DNA from: an uncultured Candidatus Saccharibacteria bacterium
GTDB taxonomy: Bacteria > Patescibacteriota > Saccharimonadia > CAILAD01 > GCA-016700035
Assembly: GCA_964613485.1 (NCBI GenBank)
Contig: CAZTHB010000002.1
Span: forward strand, 1 to 59,314
Direction: 5' to 3'
DNA: 59,314 nt
Shown here: positions 45,784 through 55,071 of the stretch, piece after piece
How positions within the stretch are numbered: the first letter of the stretch is position 1
How the letters are laid out: every line of letters starts with the position of its first letter
Translations under genes and position numbers: made by a program
Notes under the pieces: model-generated
What the model was told of the DNA's origin: nothing
The model's input: the letters and a program-made list of their open reading frames with translations, nothing else
Databases searched by the model: none

Positions 45784-46943
45784 GTGTCGAGCACATGATC
45801 GAACGTCTTACGGCTATAGCTATCGTTGTACGCCCCGGTAATCGTCATGGCTATGAAATTACGCTCTGCAAACTGTTGATCCGATTCTGGCAACACAATA
45901 AATACGTTGACATACACTGGATCACCTCCAGCCTGAGCCGCACCAACGATCTTAACAGCATCAATATTCCCTATTTTGATATCCTGACGAGCCGAAATTG
46001 ATTTGCCAGTTGTAGCATTTGTGATCAGCGCCTCCATCACTCGCTTTGAATCAAATCGTTGCGCACTGGGACTTGCCGATGCCTGCTCACTATCCTGCGC
46101 CACAAAATCAAAGTCACGAAATGTAGATACCACCACCGAAGAAACTTTTTGGCTGCCATAAAACACCGAGAGCTGACAATCTTTATTAATATCAATTCGC
46201 GGCTGTGAAGGTATCTGTATCGAGTAGCAGCCAGTCTGGAGTCGCTCATAACCGCTCGCTAATTCCTTAACTGACGTATCGCGTATAGGTGACAGAGTAG
46301 CAGTCTGCGAAGGGGTCGGCGCTGCAAAACGAGTACGATATACATTCCAGCCAACATAGCTTCCTCCAGCCAACAAGGATAGAAGTATGACGACGATGAT
46401 AATCGTCCGAAGCGAGCGCTTCTTCGGCACATTACTCTTACCAAGTGACTGGGCGGCGGACGCTTGACTGACATTCTGAGCTGCGCGAGCAGCAATATGT
46501 GGCGGAACGTTACTAGAAGCAAGTGGCGCGATTGTACCGCCAGACTCTGGAGCTAAGCGGACTGGAGCGGGGGCAATTGGGGCTGGATCCGGAATAAGTG
46601 GCGACTCCAAATCAATGGCATCAAGCTCGTTAGATATCACTGGAGAAGGTTGAGCGGAATCCGGCGTTGCAACTGCAGGTTGAGGCGTAGACTGTTGCTG
46701 TTCGGCGGTATTGGGCAGCTGTGGTGGTACCGGTACACCTACTGGTGCAGGGCTGGGTTGATTTGCTACCTCGGAACTACTACTAGCAGGTTGAGTGGCC
46801 GTAATATCTGGCAGCTGCGCTGTCTTTTCGACGTAGCCCTGTGCCAGTGGATTATGAAAGACCGGCGGAGTAATAGCGGGTTGCTGTGGGTCCTGAGGCG
46901 GCTGTCCTTGCCCCTGATTGGTGCCGTTCGTTTCTGGCTGCAT
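45768..46943 (-). CDS. Hypothetical membrane-anchored protein (Pro/Gln-rich N-terminus, TM, extracellular domain); paralog of 46993-47595
   Basis: The TM is IIIVVILLSLLAGGSYVGW. The ectodomain has a Cys pair 16 residues apart and ends LDTWTWK. Confidence 0.6.
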   Translation of the reverse strand: MQPETNGTNQGQGQPPQDPQQPAITPPVFHNPLAQGYVEKTAQLPDITATQPASSSSEVANQPSPAPVGVPVPPQLPNTAEQQQSTPQPAVATPDSAQPSPVISNELDAIDLESPLIPDPAPIAPAPVRLAPESGGTIAPLASSNVPPHIAARAAQNVSQASAAQSLGKSNVPKKRSLRTIIIVVILLSLLAGGSYVGWNVYRTRFAAPTPSQTATLSPIRDTSVKELASGYERLQTGCYSIQIPSQPRIDINKDCQLSVFYGSQKVSSVVVSTFRDFDFVAQDSEQASASPSAQRFDSKRVMEALITNATTGKSISARQDIKIGNIDAVKIVGAAQAGGDPVYVNVFIVLPESDQQFAERNFIAMTITGAYNDSYSRKTFDHVLDTWTWK

Positions 46944-46992
46944 AATACTTCAAGTATACCAGAGCGCGTTACTGCTCATGCTCTTACTGACC

Positions 46993-47595
46993 TCAAAAAC
47001 GCCATTGCCAATCACGCACAGTCGCATCAATTATTTCACGATCGCTTTGTGAAGTGTACCAGGCACGAAGTTCAAATTGCTTGAGACGAACACTACTCTT
47101 GAGTGGCAATTCATCATTCAGTGTGAGTAGATATGTCACCATAGATTCCTTATTCTGCGGATAATACTCAACAAACTTGTCTGCAACCTTACCTCCCCAC
47201 TGCACCTGCTCACGAGATGACAGCTCAGCATCGAGCGACCCCCAGCGATCCTTCCAATCTGTCTCACCCCCTTTGACTTGCTCATGGGTGTACGTGTTAA
47301 GTGTTACATATACGTGCTTACGAGGACGTGAATAAGCCGAGAAACGACACGTATCAGACTCGATCTGCCAATCAAAATCTTCGGGCAATACCAGCGCGCT
47401 ACAATCAGTCGTAAGTAATTTTTGACCCGATTGAGCTGCGATACTAACCGGCCTGGGCTGCATATGTACTTGTAGACGATCCTGCCAAGCTCGAGGCGCC
47501 AACAGTTGCCAAAGCGCATAGAGCACAGCAGCCAAAACACAGAATATCAGTAGCATCTTCAGACGATTTGACCTCTCAGCAGAAAGTCTAGGCAT
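46993..47595 (-). CDS. Hypothetical membrane-anchored protein; paralog of the 45768-46943 ectodomain
   Basis: I prefer the start at 47595 (MPRLSAERSNRLKMLLIFCVLAAVLY), which overlaps the upstream stop by 8 nt. It has a Cys pair 17 residues apart and ends VRDWQWRF. Confidence 0.6.
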   Translation of the reverse strand: MPRLSAERSNRLKMLLIFCVLAAVLYALWQLLAPRAWQDRLQVHMQPRPVSIAAQSGQKLLTTDCSALVLPEDFDWQIESDTCRFSAYSRPRKHVYVTLNTYTHEQVKGGETDWKDRWGSLDAELSSREQVQWGGKVADKFVEYYPQNKESMVTYLLTLNDELPLKSSVRLKQFELRAWYTSQSDREIIDATVRDWQWRF

Positions 47596-48487
47596 GATGT
47601 AAGTAGCGCGTGTAACTATCCCATCGAATACCAAGCAGGTGCGCTATCAGCTCGATACCCAGATCGGCAGTCATGCCGTCAGTATCTCGACTCGGGTTCA
47701 GTTCAACGAGGTCGATCGCAATTATTGATTCACGAGCCAGCTGTCGAGTAATGTAGGTTGCCTCTCGATAAGTGAGGCCTCCGCTATTCTGAATACCCGT
47801 CCCTGGTGCGTAGAGTTTGTCGATCGAATCAATATCGAAGCTTACGTGTAGGGGGCGGCCTCCGACCCACTCTTGCACATGATGCATCACCGCACCAATG
47901 CCGACGCCTGTGATGTCATCCATGGTAGCGTGCTCAATGCCTTCGGTATTAATCCAGTCTGCTTCAGGCTGATCGATATCTTTAATCGCGAGATAATAAA
48001 AATCCTGCGGCTTCATATACGGTCCCTGAAATTCATTATGCAAAGCGCCACCAGCAGCGATGCGGACCGGCATGCCATGCAGATTATGTGTAGTCGAAGC
48101 GCCTGGTGTCTGCGCATCCGGATGAGCATCTATATATACACATACAGCATCTGGATGGCGCTGTCGAGTTGCTAAAAGACTCGCAGTAGCAACCGAGTGA
48201 TCACCACCCAATACGATAGGCAAAGCGTTCTTGTCTTCAGCTACGATTGAGTGGCGCAATCCGGAGATCCAGGGTATGAGCTTATGGGCATTGCGAACCT
48301 GCTTCGCCGCCTTATCAGTAACATGCTTATCATCCGAACGCCATTGCACAAGCTCAACCGATCGAGCACAGGGAGCGAGTACCCCCTCTAGACCACGCTC
48401 TAATAAAACGGTCGGTCCGTCTTCGGCGCCATCACTAAAACTACCAAGGTTTGTGCCAGCTGCGAAGATTCGTATGTCTTTTTGCAT
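47588..48487 (-). CDS. Arginase/agmatinase/formiminoglutamase-family ureohydrolase
   Basis: It carries the Mn-binding motifs GGDHSV, DAHPD and SFDIDSID. The ORF-track start at 48493 is GTG. The ATG at 48487 was chosen but the start is ambiguous. Confidence 0.85.
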   Translation of the reverse strand: MQKDIRIFAAGTNLGSFSDGAEDGPTVLLERGLEGVLAPCARSVELVQWRSDDKHVTDKAAKQVRNAHKLIPWISGLRHSIVAEDKNALPIVLGGDHSVATASLLATRQRHPDAVCVYIDAHPDAQTPGASTTHNLHGMPVRIAAGGALHNEFQGPYMKPQDFYYLAIKDIDQPEADWINTEGIEHATMDDITGVGIGAVMHHVQEWVGGRPLHVSFDIDSIDKLYAPGTGIQNSGGLTYREATYITRQLARESIIAIDLVELNPSRDTDGMTADLGIELIAHLLGIRWDSYTRYLHHA

Positions 48488-48590
48488 AAGCACTATATAT
48501 TATAGCGACCCGGAGAAATATTTACGATCACCAAGCCGTACTCGATAAATCAAAGTCGGTATATTTGCAGGACATCATGATGAAACCAGG

Positions 48591-48596
48591 TACAAT
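48591..48596 (+). promoter_or_regulatory. -10 box (TACAAT) 6 nt upstream of the Mur-ligase ATG; putative leaderless promoter
   Basis: The sequence reads aggTACAATagaaccATG. There is no SD. Confidence 0.4.
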
Positions 48597-48602
48597 AGAA
48601 CC

Positions 48603-49940
48603 ATGCTTTCACGTCTCAAAAAACTCGTCCCCAAACAAGCCATCAATGCCTTCCACTACACTGAAGCACTCGCAGCTAGCTTTGCGTATCGCAATCCAAG
48701 CAAACACATGATCGTCATAGGTGTTGTTGGCAGCAAAGGAAAAACAACATTAGCAAACCTACTTTGGGCAGCATTAAGTGGTGACGGCTCAAAAGTTGGA
48801 CTTGTTGGCACTGCAAATATCCGCATCGGCAACTCAGAAAAACTCAACCCATATCACATGACTATGCCTGGTAGACACCGTCTACAGAAGACACTCAATG
48901 CTATGCGCGAAGCAGGTTGCCACTACGCAATCATGGAAGTGCCGTCCGAGGGACAAGCCCAATGGCGACACGTGGGTATCTCATTTGATGTGCTTATTTT
49001 TACAAATGTTACGCGAGAGCTCATGGCCAGTCACGACTATTCCCTCGAGAAATTACATGATCACAATCAAAGGGTCTTCCGTCAGGTCGCGCACCAAAAA
49101 GCAAAATTGATCAACGGGCGTGTTCAGCCTAAAATCCTCATCGCAAATGCAGACGCCGAGCATTTCCCGCAGTATTTTGCCCACCTTGCCGATATCAAGC
49201 GTAGCTACAGCATCAATACCAAGAGCAACTACCATGCCCAAAAAATCACGACCACCGGTAATCGCTCTGCATTCATCATAAATAAGCAACAATACACGAT
49301 AGCCCTTCCGGGAGAAGTAAATGTCTCCAATGCTGCTGGCGCAATCGCTGCAGCACTAGAGCTCGGTAAATCCCCCCGAGCAATACAAAAAGGCCTCAAC
49401 AACCTCAAAGTCATTCCTGGCCGTATGGAAACCATCCAGGCTGGTCAGCGATACACTGTGATCGTTGATTACGCCCACGAAGAAACTGGAATGCAAGCGC
49501 TTATGCAAACTGCTGCTGCAATGCGATCTAAGACCAATCAACGAATCATTACGCTACTCGGAGCCGAAGGCGGAGGACGTGACGTAGAAAAACGCCCAAT
49601 CATGGGCCGAATCGCCATGCAAGGCAGTGACTTCGTAATCCTTTCAAATGTCGATCCCTATAGTGACGACCCGGATAAAATAATTGCCGACATCGCCACT
49701 GGAGTCGAGCAAGCACAGGGCTTACGCAACCACACATATTACGCGATTGCCGACCGCCGTGATGGTATTCGCAAAGCACTCTCACTCGCCAACCCAGGAG
49801 ACATTGTACTCATCACTGGCAAGGGTGCCGAGCAGTCCATCATTATAGATGGCAAGAAATCAGCCTGGGATGATCGTACTGTGGTGCGTGAAGAACTTAC
49901 ACGACTCCTCAAACGTCCTAGTGGCTCGAAGAAGAAATAA
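48603..49940 (+). CDS. Mur ligase family protein (MurE-like UDP-N-acetylmuramyl-peptide ligase)
   Basis: It has the P-loop VIGVVGSKGKTT and the central and C-terminal Mur ligase domain pattern (DYAHE...). Substrate specificity is not deducible. Confidence 0.8.
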   Translation: MLSRLKKLVPKQAINAFHYTEALAASFAYRNPSKHMIVIGVVGSKGKTTLANLLWAALSGDGSKVGLVGTANIRIGNSEKLNPYHMTMPGRHRLQKTLNAMREAGCHYAIMEVPSEGQAQWRHVGISFDVLIFTNVTRELMASHDYSLEKLHDHNQRVFRQVAHQKAKLINGRVQPKILIANADAEHFPQYFAHLADIKRSYSINTKSNYHAQKITTTGNRSAFIINKQQYTIALPGEVNVSNAAGAIAAALELGKSPRAIQKGLNNLKVIPGRMETIQAGQRYTVIVDYAHEETGMQALMQTAAAMRSKTNQRIITLLGAEGGGRDVEKRPIMGRIAMQGSDFVILSNVDPYSDDPDKIIADIATGVEQAQGLRNHTYYAIADRRDGIRKALSLANPGDIVLITGKGAEQSIIIDGKKSAWDDRTVVREELTRLLKRPSGSKKK

Positions 49941-50346
49941 AGCCGATTATCGTCGCTGCCCACCAGCAAAGTTGCGACAGACTAATTGCTACCACCGATA
50001 ACAACTGAAACGACCGTGGAAATTTCCAAAAATCGTCCTGCTTATAGCTCAACATTTGCTTACGCAAGCGATCCAAAACCAAGCCATTGATCGCCAATAT
50101 TAATACTGCGGCCAATTTAACCTTCGTCCGGATCGTAATATACTCGGGGTTCAATAGCATGCTTCCAGTCACTATCTGAATGGCGACCGACGACCATATG
50201 ATCTTTTGAGCAACACCCGACAACCACCCCAACTGTTCTGCTTTCGCCTTACGAAACACCCACAGTAACCCCACTGCATCAACCAGCATCACTGCGCCAA
50301 ACCCCAGCGCAAACCCAACCAAATGAACGAACAGCTCTATTTCCAC
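49918..50346 (-). CDS. Hypothetical polytopic membrane protein
   Basis: It has four predicted hydrophobic segments. The GTG start overlaps the upstream stop (TAGTG) and follows a GGGGAG SD. Its 3' end overlaps the convergent Mur-ligase gene by 23 nt. Confidence 0.5.
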   Translation of the reverse strand: MEIELFVHLVGFALGFGAVMLVDAVGLLWVFRKAKAEQLGWLSGVAQKIIWSSVAIQIVTGSMLLNPEYITIRTKVKLAAVLILAINGLVLDRLRKQMLSYKQDDFWKFPRSFQLLSVVAISLSQLCWWAATIIGFISSSSH

Positions 50347-50612
50347 TACTTATCTCCCCTCTTATCACCCCAGCTCCAATGCGCTGGCTCGCCTTTTTTA
50401 TATGCTATGTAGATTAGCACTGCAGACCACAAGAAACCAACCCCAACTGATATGGCCGGACCTTGCCATGAACCACCGAAGCGAAGATCTAGCGCAGCAA
50501 TGGCACCAGCATATACTGCTGCCCATATCGCTACGACCAACCAAGCCTGCCAGGTTGCCGGCACCCAGCCCCAGCCATATTTCTTCGCTCGAAACCAATA
50601 TCGTTGCTTCAT
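50346..50612 (-). CDS. Hypothetical small membrane protein
   Basis: I prefer the ATG at 50612 (MKQRYWFRAKKYGWGW...), which has a GAGGA SD 5 nt upstream. The ORF-track start at 50624 is GTG. It has two TM segments. Confidence 0.5.
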   Translation of the reverse strand: MKQRYWFRAKKYGWGWVPATWQAWLVVAIWAAVYAGAIAALDLRFGGSWQGPAISVGVGFLWSAVLIYIAYKKGEPAHWSWGDKRGDK

Positions 50613-50634
50613 GATATTCCTCACACTAATGTCG

Positions 50635-51462
50635 CTAACTGCTCGTTGTCTTCATTGTAATCCGCTCATCCACGCGACTCAAAAATCCCTCTGCAATCAA
50701 TTCTTCAACTGCCTGCCGAATCTCATAATCAGTCCGCCCCAGCAAACCAGAGAGTGACGCTATAGTTTGAACCTCAGATTTTAAGACTTCTGCAAGTATC
50801 GCTCCTCGTAGCTGACGATGTGAGCCCTCGAACTTTGACTGACGAGCATAATGCTTACTACGGCGATTCGGATTTACCACCTGACTGGCAAGAAATGTAC
50901 CGTAGTCCATCAGTGCCCAGTACCATTCGCGAGGATGATCGTGATCAATTGTAGCCTCGATATATGGCAACAGCTCAACATCGCCCACGTCGTCCGCATC
51001 AGCAAAAAAATCATACAAAAATACACGCCGGATATTTGTCTCAATAAATACTGCAGGCTGATCGAATGCATAAGCGAGAATTGCTCCAGCGGTATTTGGC
51101 CCTATACCTCGAAATTGAGTCAGCTCAGCCTGGGAAGCAGGAAGCGCGCCACCATACTCATTCATTACTCGGTCAGCAAGCTCCTTAACCCAAAGAGCGC
51201 GACGATTGTACCCTAGCCCCTGCCACGTTGTGAGGACTTCAGCCACACTCGCCTGTGATAATGATGCAAAATCATCCCAGCGATCAATCCATTCAGCAAA
51301 CTTATGACGCACCCGACCAACCTGGGTCTGCTGCAACATCACCTCACTAATCACCACATTGTAAGGGGTGGGGAAATCACGCCAGGCCATCTGTCGGCCA
51401 TGCGCCGCATAATGTGCCCAAACTTGCTCTTGAAAATCTCGTATCCGGGTATCTGCCTGCAT
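50635..51462 (-). CDS. HhH-GPD superfamily DNA glycosylase (MutY/Nth-like) lacking the Fe-S Cys cluster, with a C-terminal winged-helix-like tail
   Basis: It has MLQQTQVGRV and an HhH-GPD region (FRGIGPNTAGAILAYAF). No Cys-X6-Cys-X2-Cys-X5-Cys cluster is present. The start at 51462 is supported by TATACT-N6-ATG and avoids overlap with the divergent gene. Confidence 0.75.
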   Translation of the reverse strand: MQADTRIRDFQEQVWAHYAAHGRQMAWRDFPTPYNVVISEVMLQQTQVGRVRHKFAEWIDRWDDFASLSQASVAEVLTTWQGLGYNRRALWVKELADRVMNEYGGALPASQAELTQFRGIGPNTAGAILAYAFDQPAVFIETNIRRVFLYDFFADADDVGDVELLPYIEATIDHDHPREWYWALMDYGTFLASQVVNPNRRSKHYARQSKFEGSHRQLRGAILAEVLKSEVQTIASLSGLLGRTDYEIRQAVEELIAEGFLSRVDERITMKTTSS

Positions 51463-51468
51463 CCTCGC

Positions 51469-51474
51469 AGTATA
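51469..51474 (-). promoter_or_regulatory. -10 box (TATACT on minus strand) 6 nt upstream of the glycosylase ATG
   Basis: The minus strand reads cggTATACTgcgaggATG. Confidence 0.4.
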
Positions 51475-51519
51475 CCGAAGATCACCCCCTGGAATAAACA
51501 CAATACAAGATGAAACAGG

Positions 51520-51525
51520 TATAAT
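51520..51525 (+). promoter_or_regulatory. -10 box (TATAAT) 7 nt upstream of the LCP gene ATG
   Basis: The sequence reads aggTATAATaaaagtcATG. There is no SD. Confidence 0.4.
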
Positions 51526-51532
51526 AAAAGTC

Positions 51533-53077
51533 ATGTCGGAATCCACTCAGCATCATCCTCGCAAGCGTGCCGATAAAGATTCTGCATCGCTCGATACAGC
51601 TACCGAGCAGTCTTTAGAGCCAGCAATAAACGAGGAGTCAGCCACCGAAATGCCTCAACGCAATCAGCCAGTCAAGCCTGATTTCGTATATGATCCAGTG
51701 CACGACAAGCGTCACAATCTCAACCGCTTCACGCGTGAGAAGCCGAAGAAGCCGTGGTGGAAAAAATTTCTCCTTGGCATATTGGTAGTGACGCTTATCT
51801 CTGGGGCTTGGTTCGGCTTCTTTGCGTTACGCAACATTACCAAAATTGCACCGAATTTCTTTAAGTTCCAGCAAAAACTCAAGGGCGAAGATGAAGGACG
51901 CGTCAATATCCTGCTACTTGGTATCGGTGACCCAGGCCATGATGGAGCCGGCCTTTCCGATACTAACATCCTCGTAAGCGTCGACACCCGAGACAAAAAA
52001 GTCGCCTTAACCTCAATACCACGTGATACACGAGTCAAGATCCCTGGCTACGGCTCAGCGAAGATTAATAATGCACATGCATACGGCGATGTAGCACTGG
52101 CCCAGCAAACGGTTGGCAACTTCCTTGACGTACCGATTCAATACTATATACGCACCGACTTTACCGGACTCAAGCAGGCGGTCGATGCGGTTGGCGGCAT
52201 AGAGATCGACAACAAAGAATACCTGTCAGATTCGGAGTACCCGTGTGACAACAATCAATGGCGTAGCTGCGGTTTCACCCTCAAGCCTGGCAAATACAAG
52301 GCCGATGGGACACTCGCACTCAAGTATGCCCGCTGTCGCAAAGGTACCTGCGGTGATGATTTCGGTCGCGCGGCGCGTCAACAAGAGGTCCTCTCGGCCA
52401 TACGTACTCAAGCCACTTCACTCGGCACTATCCTCAACCCCACCAAGCTTACCTCCCTGATATCTGCGGCCGGCGATAATGTAAAAACCGACATGTCAGT
52501 TGGAGAAATACTGCGCCTCAATGACCTCACAAAGGACATTCCAAATGATCAATTTATAAACGTCGTACTGTCGATCAAGGAAAATGGCTTCCTAAAATCG
52601 TCACCGGACGGCACTTCAGATCTTGTGCCAATCGACAGTACGCTATCAACCTTACAGGCTTTTGAGGACAACATATTTACCTGGGGGCCAATCTGGAAAG
52701 AAAATCCCAAGATCACCATTCAGAATGGAACGGCTATCACCGGGGTTGGCGGTAAGCTCCAGGCGAAGTTTGAAAAAGACAAATACCCGATCACCATCTC
52801 TCAAGTTATGAATGCGGTAAAAAAAGACTATGCCGCAACTCAGCTTTATGACATGAGCATGTCTAGCCCCAGTCCGACTCCGAAGATCTCAAGCAATACG
52901 CCGTCTCGCGAAAGTAAGCCAAACTCTCGAAGCTATCTCGAAAGTGTTCTGAAAGTCTCGGCTGCAGCTCCGCCAACTGGGGTTACCACTACGGACGACT
53001 TCGTAATCATCATCGGTAGCGACTACGCAAATTATTTGACAATACCAAGTACGAGCAGCAACGCAAACACCCGTTAG
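51533..53077 (+). CDS. LytR-CpsA-Psr (LCP) family cell-envelope phosphotransferase
   Basis: It has an N-terminal TM and the LCP core (NILLLGIGDPGHDGAGLSDTNILVSVD...SIPRDT). A long C-terminal extension follows. Confidence 0.85.
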   Translation: MSESTQHHPRKRADKDSASLDTATEQSLEPAINEESATEMPQRNQPVKPDFVYDPVHDKRHNLNRFTREKPKKPWWKKFLLGILVVTLISGAWFGFFALRNITKIAPNFFKFQQKLKGEDEGRVNILLLGIGDPGHDGAGLSDTNILVSVDTRDKKVALTSIPRDTRVKIPGYGSAKINNAHAYGDVALAQQTVGNFLDVPIQYYIRTDFTGLKQAVDAVGGIEIDNKEYLSDSEYPCDNNQWRSCGFTLKPGKYKADGTLALKYARCRKGTCGDDFGRAARQQEVLSAIRTQATSLGTILNPTKLTSLISAAGDNVKTDMSVGEILRLNDLTKDIPNDQFINVVLSIKENGFLKSSPDGTSDLVPIDSTLSTLQAFEDNIFTWGPIWKENPKITIQNGTAITGVGGKLQAKFEKDKYPITISQVMNAVKKDYAATQLYDMSMSSPSPTPKISSNTPSRESKPNSRSYLESVLKVSAAAPPTGVTTTDDFVIIIGSDYANYLTIPSTSSNANTR

Positions 53078-53104
53078 TATTCTCTCTTTGTTCGTAAAAC
53101 CAGG

Positions 53105-53110
53105 TATACT
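53105..53110 (+). promoter_or_regulatory. -10 box (TATACT) 6 nt upstream of the rarA ATG
   Basis: The sequence reads aggTATACTgtcactATG. There is no SD. Confidence 0.4.
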
Positions 53111-53116
53111 GTCACT

Positions 53117-54340
53117 ATGACTAAGAATGACCAATCGTCTACCCCGGCTGACACGCGTCCAGAGTTTCGTCCCCTAGCCGATCGATTACGACCCAGTTCT
53201 CTCGAAGAGATGGTCGGCCAAGAGAAGGTAATCGGCAAAGGTGCATTTGTACACGAACTCATCGAGCGTAATGAAGTAACGTCGCTAATTTTCTGGGGAC
53301 CCCCAGGATGTGGCAAGACAACCCTTGCACGCATAGTCGCCGCATCAGGAGACTATCATTTCGTTGAAATTTCTGCCGTGACAGCCGGCAAAGCTGATGT
53401 CATGCGCGTTATCGAAGACGCCCGTGCCATGCAGCGACTAGGTATGCGGACAATTCTATTCGTCGACGAAATTCACCGCTTCAACAAAGCTCAGCAAGAC
53501 GCTTTTCTGCCACACATTGAGAACGGCACGATTATCCTTATTGGCGCTACAACCGAGAACCCAAGCTTTGAGGTCATTACCCCACTCCTGTCTCGAAGCC
53601 GTGTGATCGTCCTTGAAGGACTATCTCATAAGGAGCTCGTAACCATACTCAAGCGTGCCACCAAGCTCTACAAGCAACTCAAAGTCCAGTCCAAAGCCCT
53701 GGATGCTCTCGCTGACTTCGCAGCCGGCGATGCGCGGGCCGCACTTAATGGCCTCGAGGCAGCGGTTCAAGTCTCCCCTACCAAGCTCGACCTCACAGCA
53801 GTTAAGCAAGCTATGCAGCAAGTAAACTTAAGCTACGACAAGACAGGCGACTTCCACTACAACCTCATCTCGGCATTCATTAAATCTATCCGCGGCAGTC
53901 ATGTCGATGCCGCCCTCTACTACCTCTTCCGCATGCTAGATGCCGGTGAAGATCCGAAGTTTATTGCCCGTCGCCTGATCATCCTCGCCTCCGAAGACAT
54001 TGGCATGGCTGCCCCTGCAGCACTCAATCTTGCCACTAGCTGTTTTCTGGCTGTCGAGCGAGTCGGTTTACCCGAATGTGAATACCACTTGGCGCACACT
54101 ACCATCGCGCTAGCAAAATCACCCAAGAGCCGAGCTGTCGCCGATGCGATGGGGCGAGCCAAGAAGGCAGTTCGTAGTTATCCTGCAGCACAAGTTCCGC
54201 TCGGACTTCGTAATGCCCCGACTAAGCTCATGAAAGAATTGGGCTACGGCAAAAACTACAAATGGCGAGCCGACTTTCAGGCCCCAGAAGGCTTCTTGCC
54301 AGAGGATCTGACCGGCGAACGTTTTTACTTTGACGACTAA
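53117..54340 (+). CDS. rarA: Replication-associated recombination protein A (MgsA/RarA AAA+ ATPase)
   Basis: It carries [35 protein letters not shown] and the C-terminal MgsA domain ([17 protein letters not shown]). Confidence 0.95.
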   Translation: MTKNDQSSTPADTRPEFRPLADRLRPSSLEEMVGQEKVIGKGAFVHELIERNEVTSLIFWGPPGCGKTTLARIVAASGDYHFVEISAVTAGKADVMRVIEDARAMQRLGMRTILFVDEIHRFNKAQQDAFLPHIENGTIILIGATTENPSFEVITPLLSRSRVIVLEGLSHKELVTILKRATKLYKQLKVQSKALDALADFAAGDARAALNGLEAAVQVSPTKLDLTAVKQAMQQVNLSYDKTGDFHYNLISAFIKSIRGSHVDAALYYLFRMLDAGEDPKFIARRLIILASEDIGMAAPAALNLATSCFLAVERVGLPECEYHLAHTTIALAKSPKSRAVADAMGRAKKAVRSYPAAQVPLGLRNAPTKLMKELGYGKNYKWRADFQAPEGFLPEDLTGERFYFDD

Positions 54341-54393
54341 TTAATCACGGTATATAATCCTCGCATTGTACCTCTAGAAGATCTAGGAGCATC

Positions 54394-54699
54394 ATGCCCA
54401 CACAACAGCAAGCTCGCGTACTACTCGCGGAAGAACAGCCTGGCCGACTTGAGTTGAGCCAAGCCATCATGGAGCTCTGCATACCCGGCACGACTGAAGA
54501 CGAACGTGCGCAACAAGCTGTCGAGATGTATGAGATCATGCGTAGATTCAACAATCAGGAAAAGCTTTCTCCCGCAGAGAGCCGACTCTTCGACGAGTTC
54601 TTGCCCCGACTTTATAGGGCTCATCACTACGGCGCGATCGATGGCCGCCGGATCGAAGTCACTGTGACGGCTCGTCTCGGAGACCGAGTCGATAGCTAA
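54394..54699 (+). CDS. Hypothetical protein
   Basis: The 101-aa ORF has TATATAAT upstream and an AGGAG SD 5 nt from the ATG. Confidence 0.5.
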   Translation: MPTQQQARVLLAEEQPGRLELSQAIMELCIPGTTEDERAQQAVEMYEIMRRFNNQEKLSPAESRLFDEFLPRLYRAHHYGAIDGRRIEVTVTARLGDRVDS

Positions 54700-54780
54700 A
54701 CGAATGCATTCTATAGCGCTTATGCTTTCTCAAGAGCGTAAGCACTGCTAGAATGAACTCTCCGAGACATGGGGGTGTCA

Positions 54781-55044
54781 ATGAACCTACGCACACGTAT
54801 CGACTCTGCTCGAATCACCTGGCGCTCGTTTGAGCAGACACTGCACAACCAGCAAAAAAGAATGCGAGCCGCCAAGGATGCTCACGACGATCATTCGATA
54901 GGCAGACATCGTCAGGCATTGTGCGCAAGCCCGCACGTGGCTCATCCACGCGAGCTCTACAACATCGAGTGGCAGCGCCTTTCAGCCCTTAAGCGAACAC
55001 GCAGGCGACAAGCATTGAGTGCGTTTTTTCGGCCGGGATCATAA
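54781..55044 (+). CDS. Hypothetical small basic protein
   Basis: I prefer the ATG at 54781, which has a GGGGG SD-like run 5 nt upstream. An extended -10 TGcTAGAAT lies at 54746-54754. A terminator hairpin encloses its stop codon. Confidence 0.4.
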   Translation: MNLRTRIDSARITWRSFEQTLHNQQKRMRAAKDAHDDHSIGRHRQALCASPHVAHPRELYNIEWQRLSALKRTRRRQALSAFFRPGS

Positions 55045-55066
55045 TGATCTCGGCCAGTTTTATTTG
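55031..55066. terminator. Intrinsic terminator between convergent genes
   Basis: ggccgggatca-taa-tgatctcggcc forms an 11-bp stem with one G-U pair, followed by agttttatttg. An A/T run on the other side makes it bidirectional. Confidence 0.65.
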
Positions 55067-55071
55067 TTCAG

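Noticed and set aside
51463-51546. The upstream start of the glycosylase ORF (MDSDMTFIIPVSS...).
   Set aside because: It would overlap the divergent LCP gene start and its -10 box. The ATG at 51462 is preceded by TATACT-N6 and begins just before the conserved domain.
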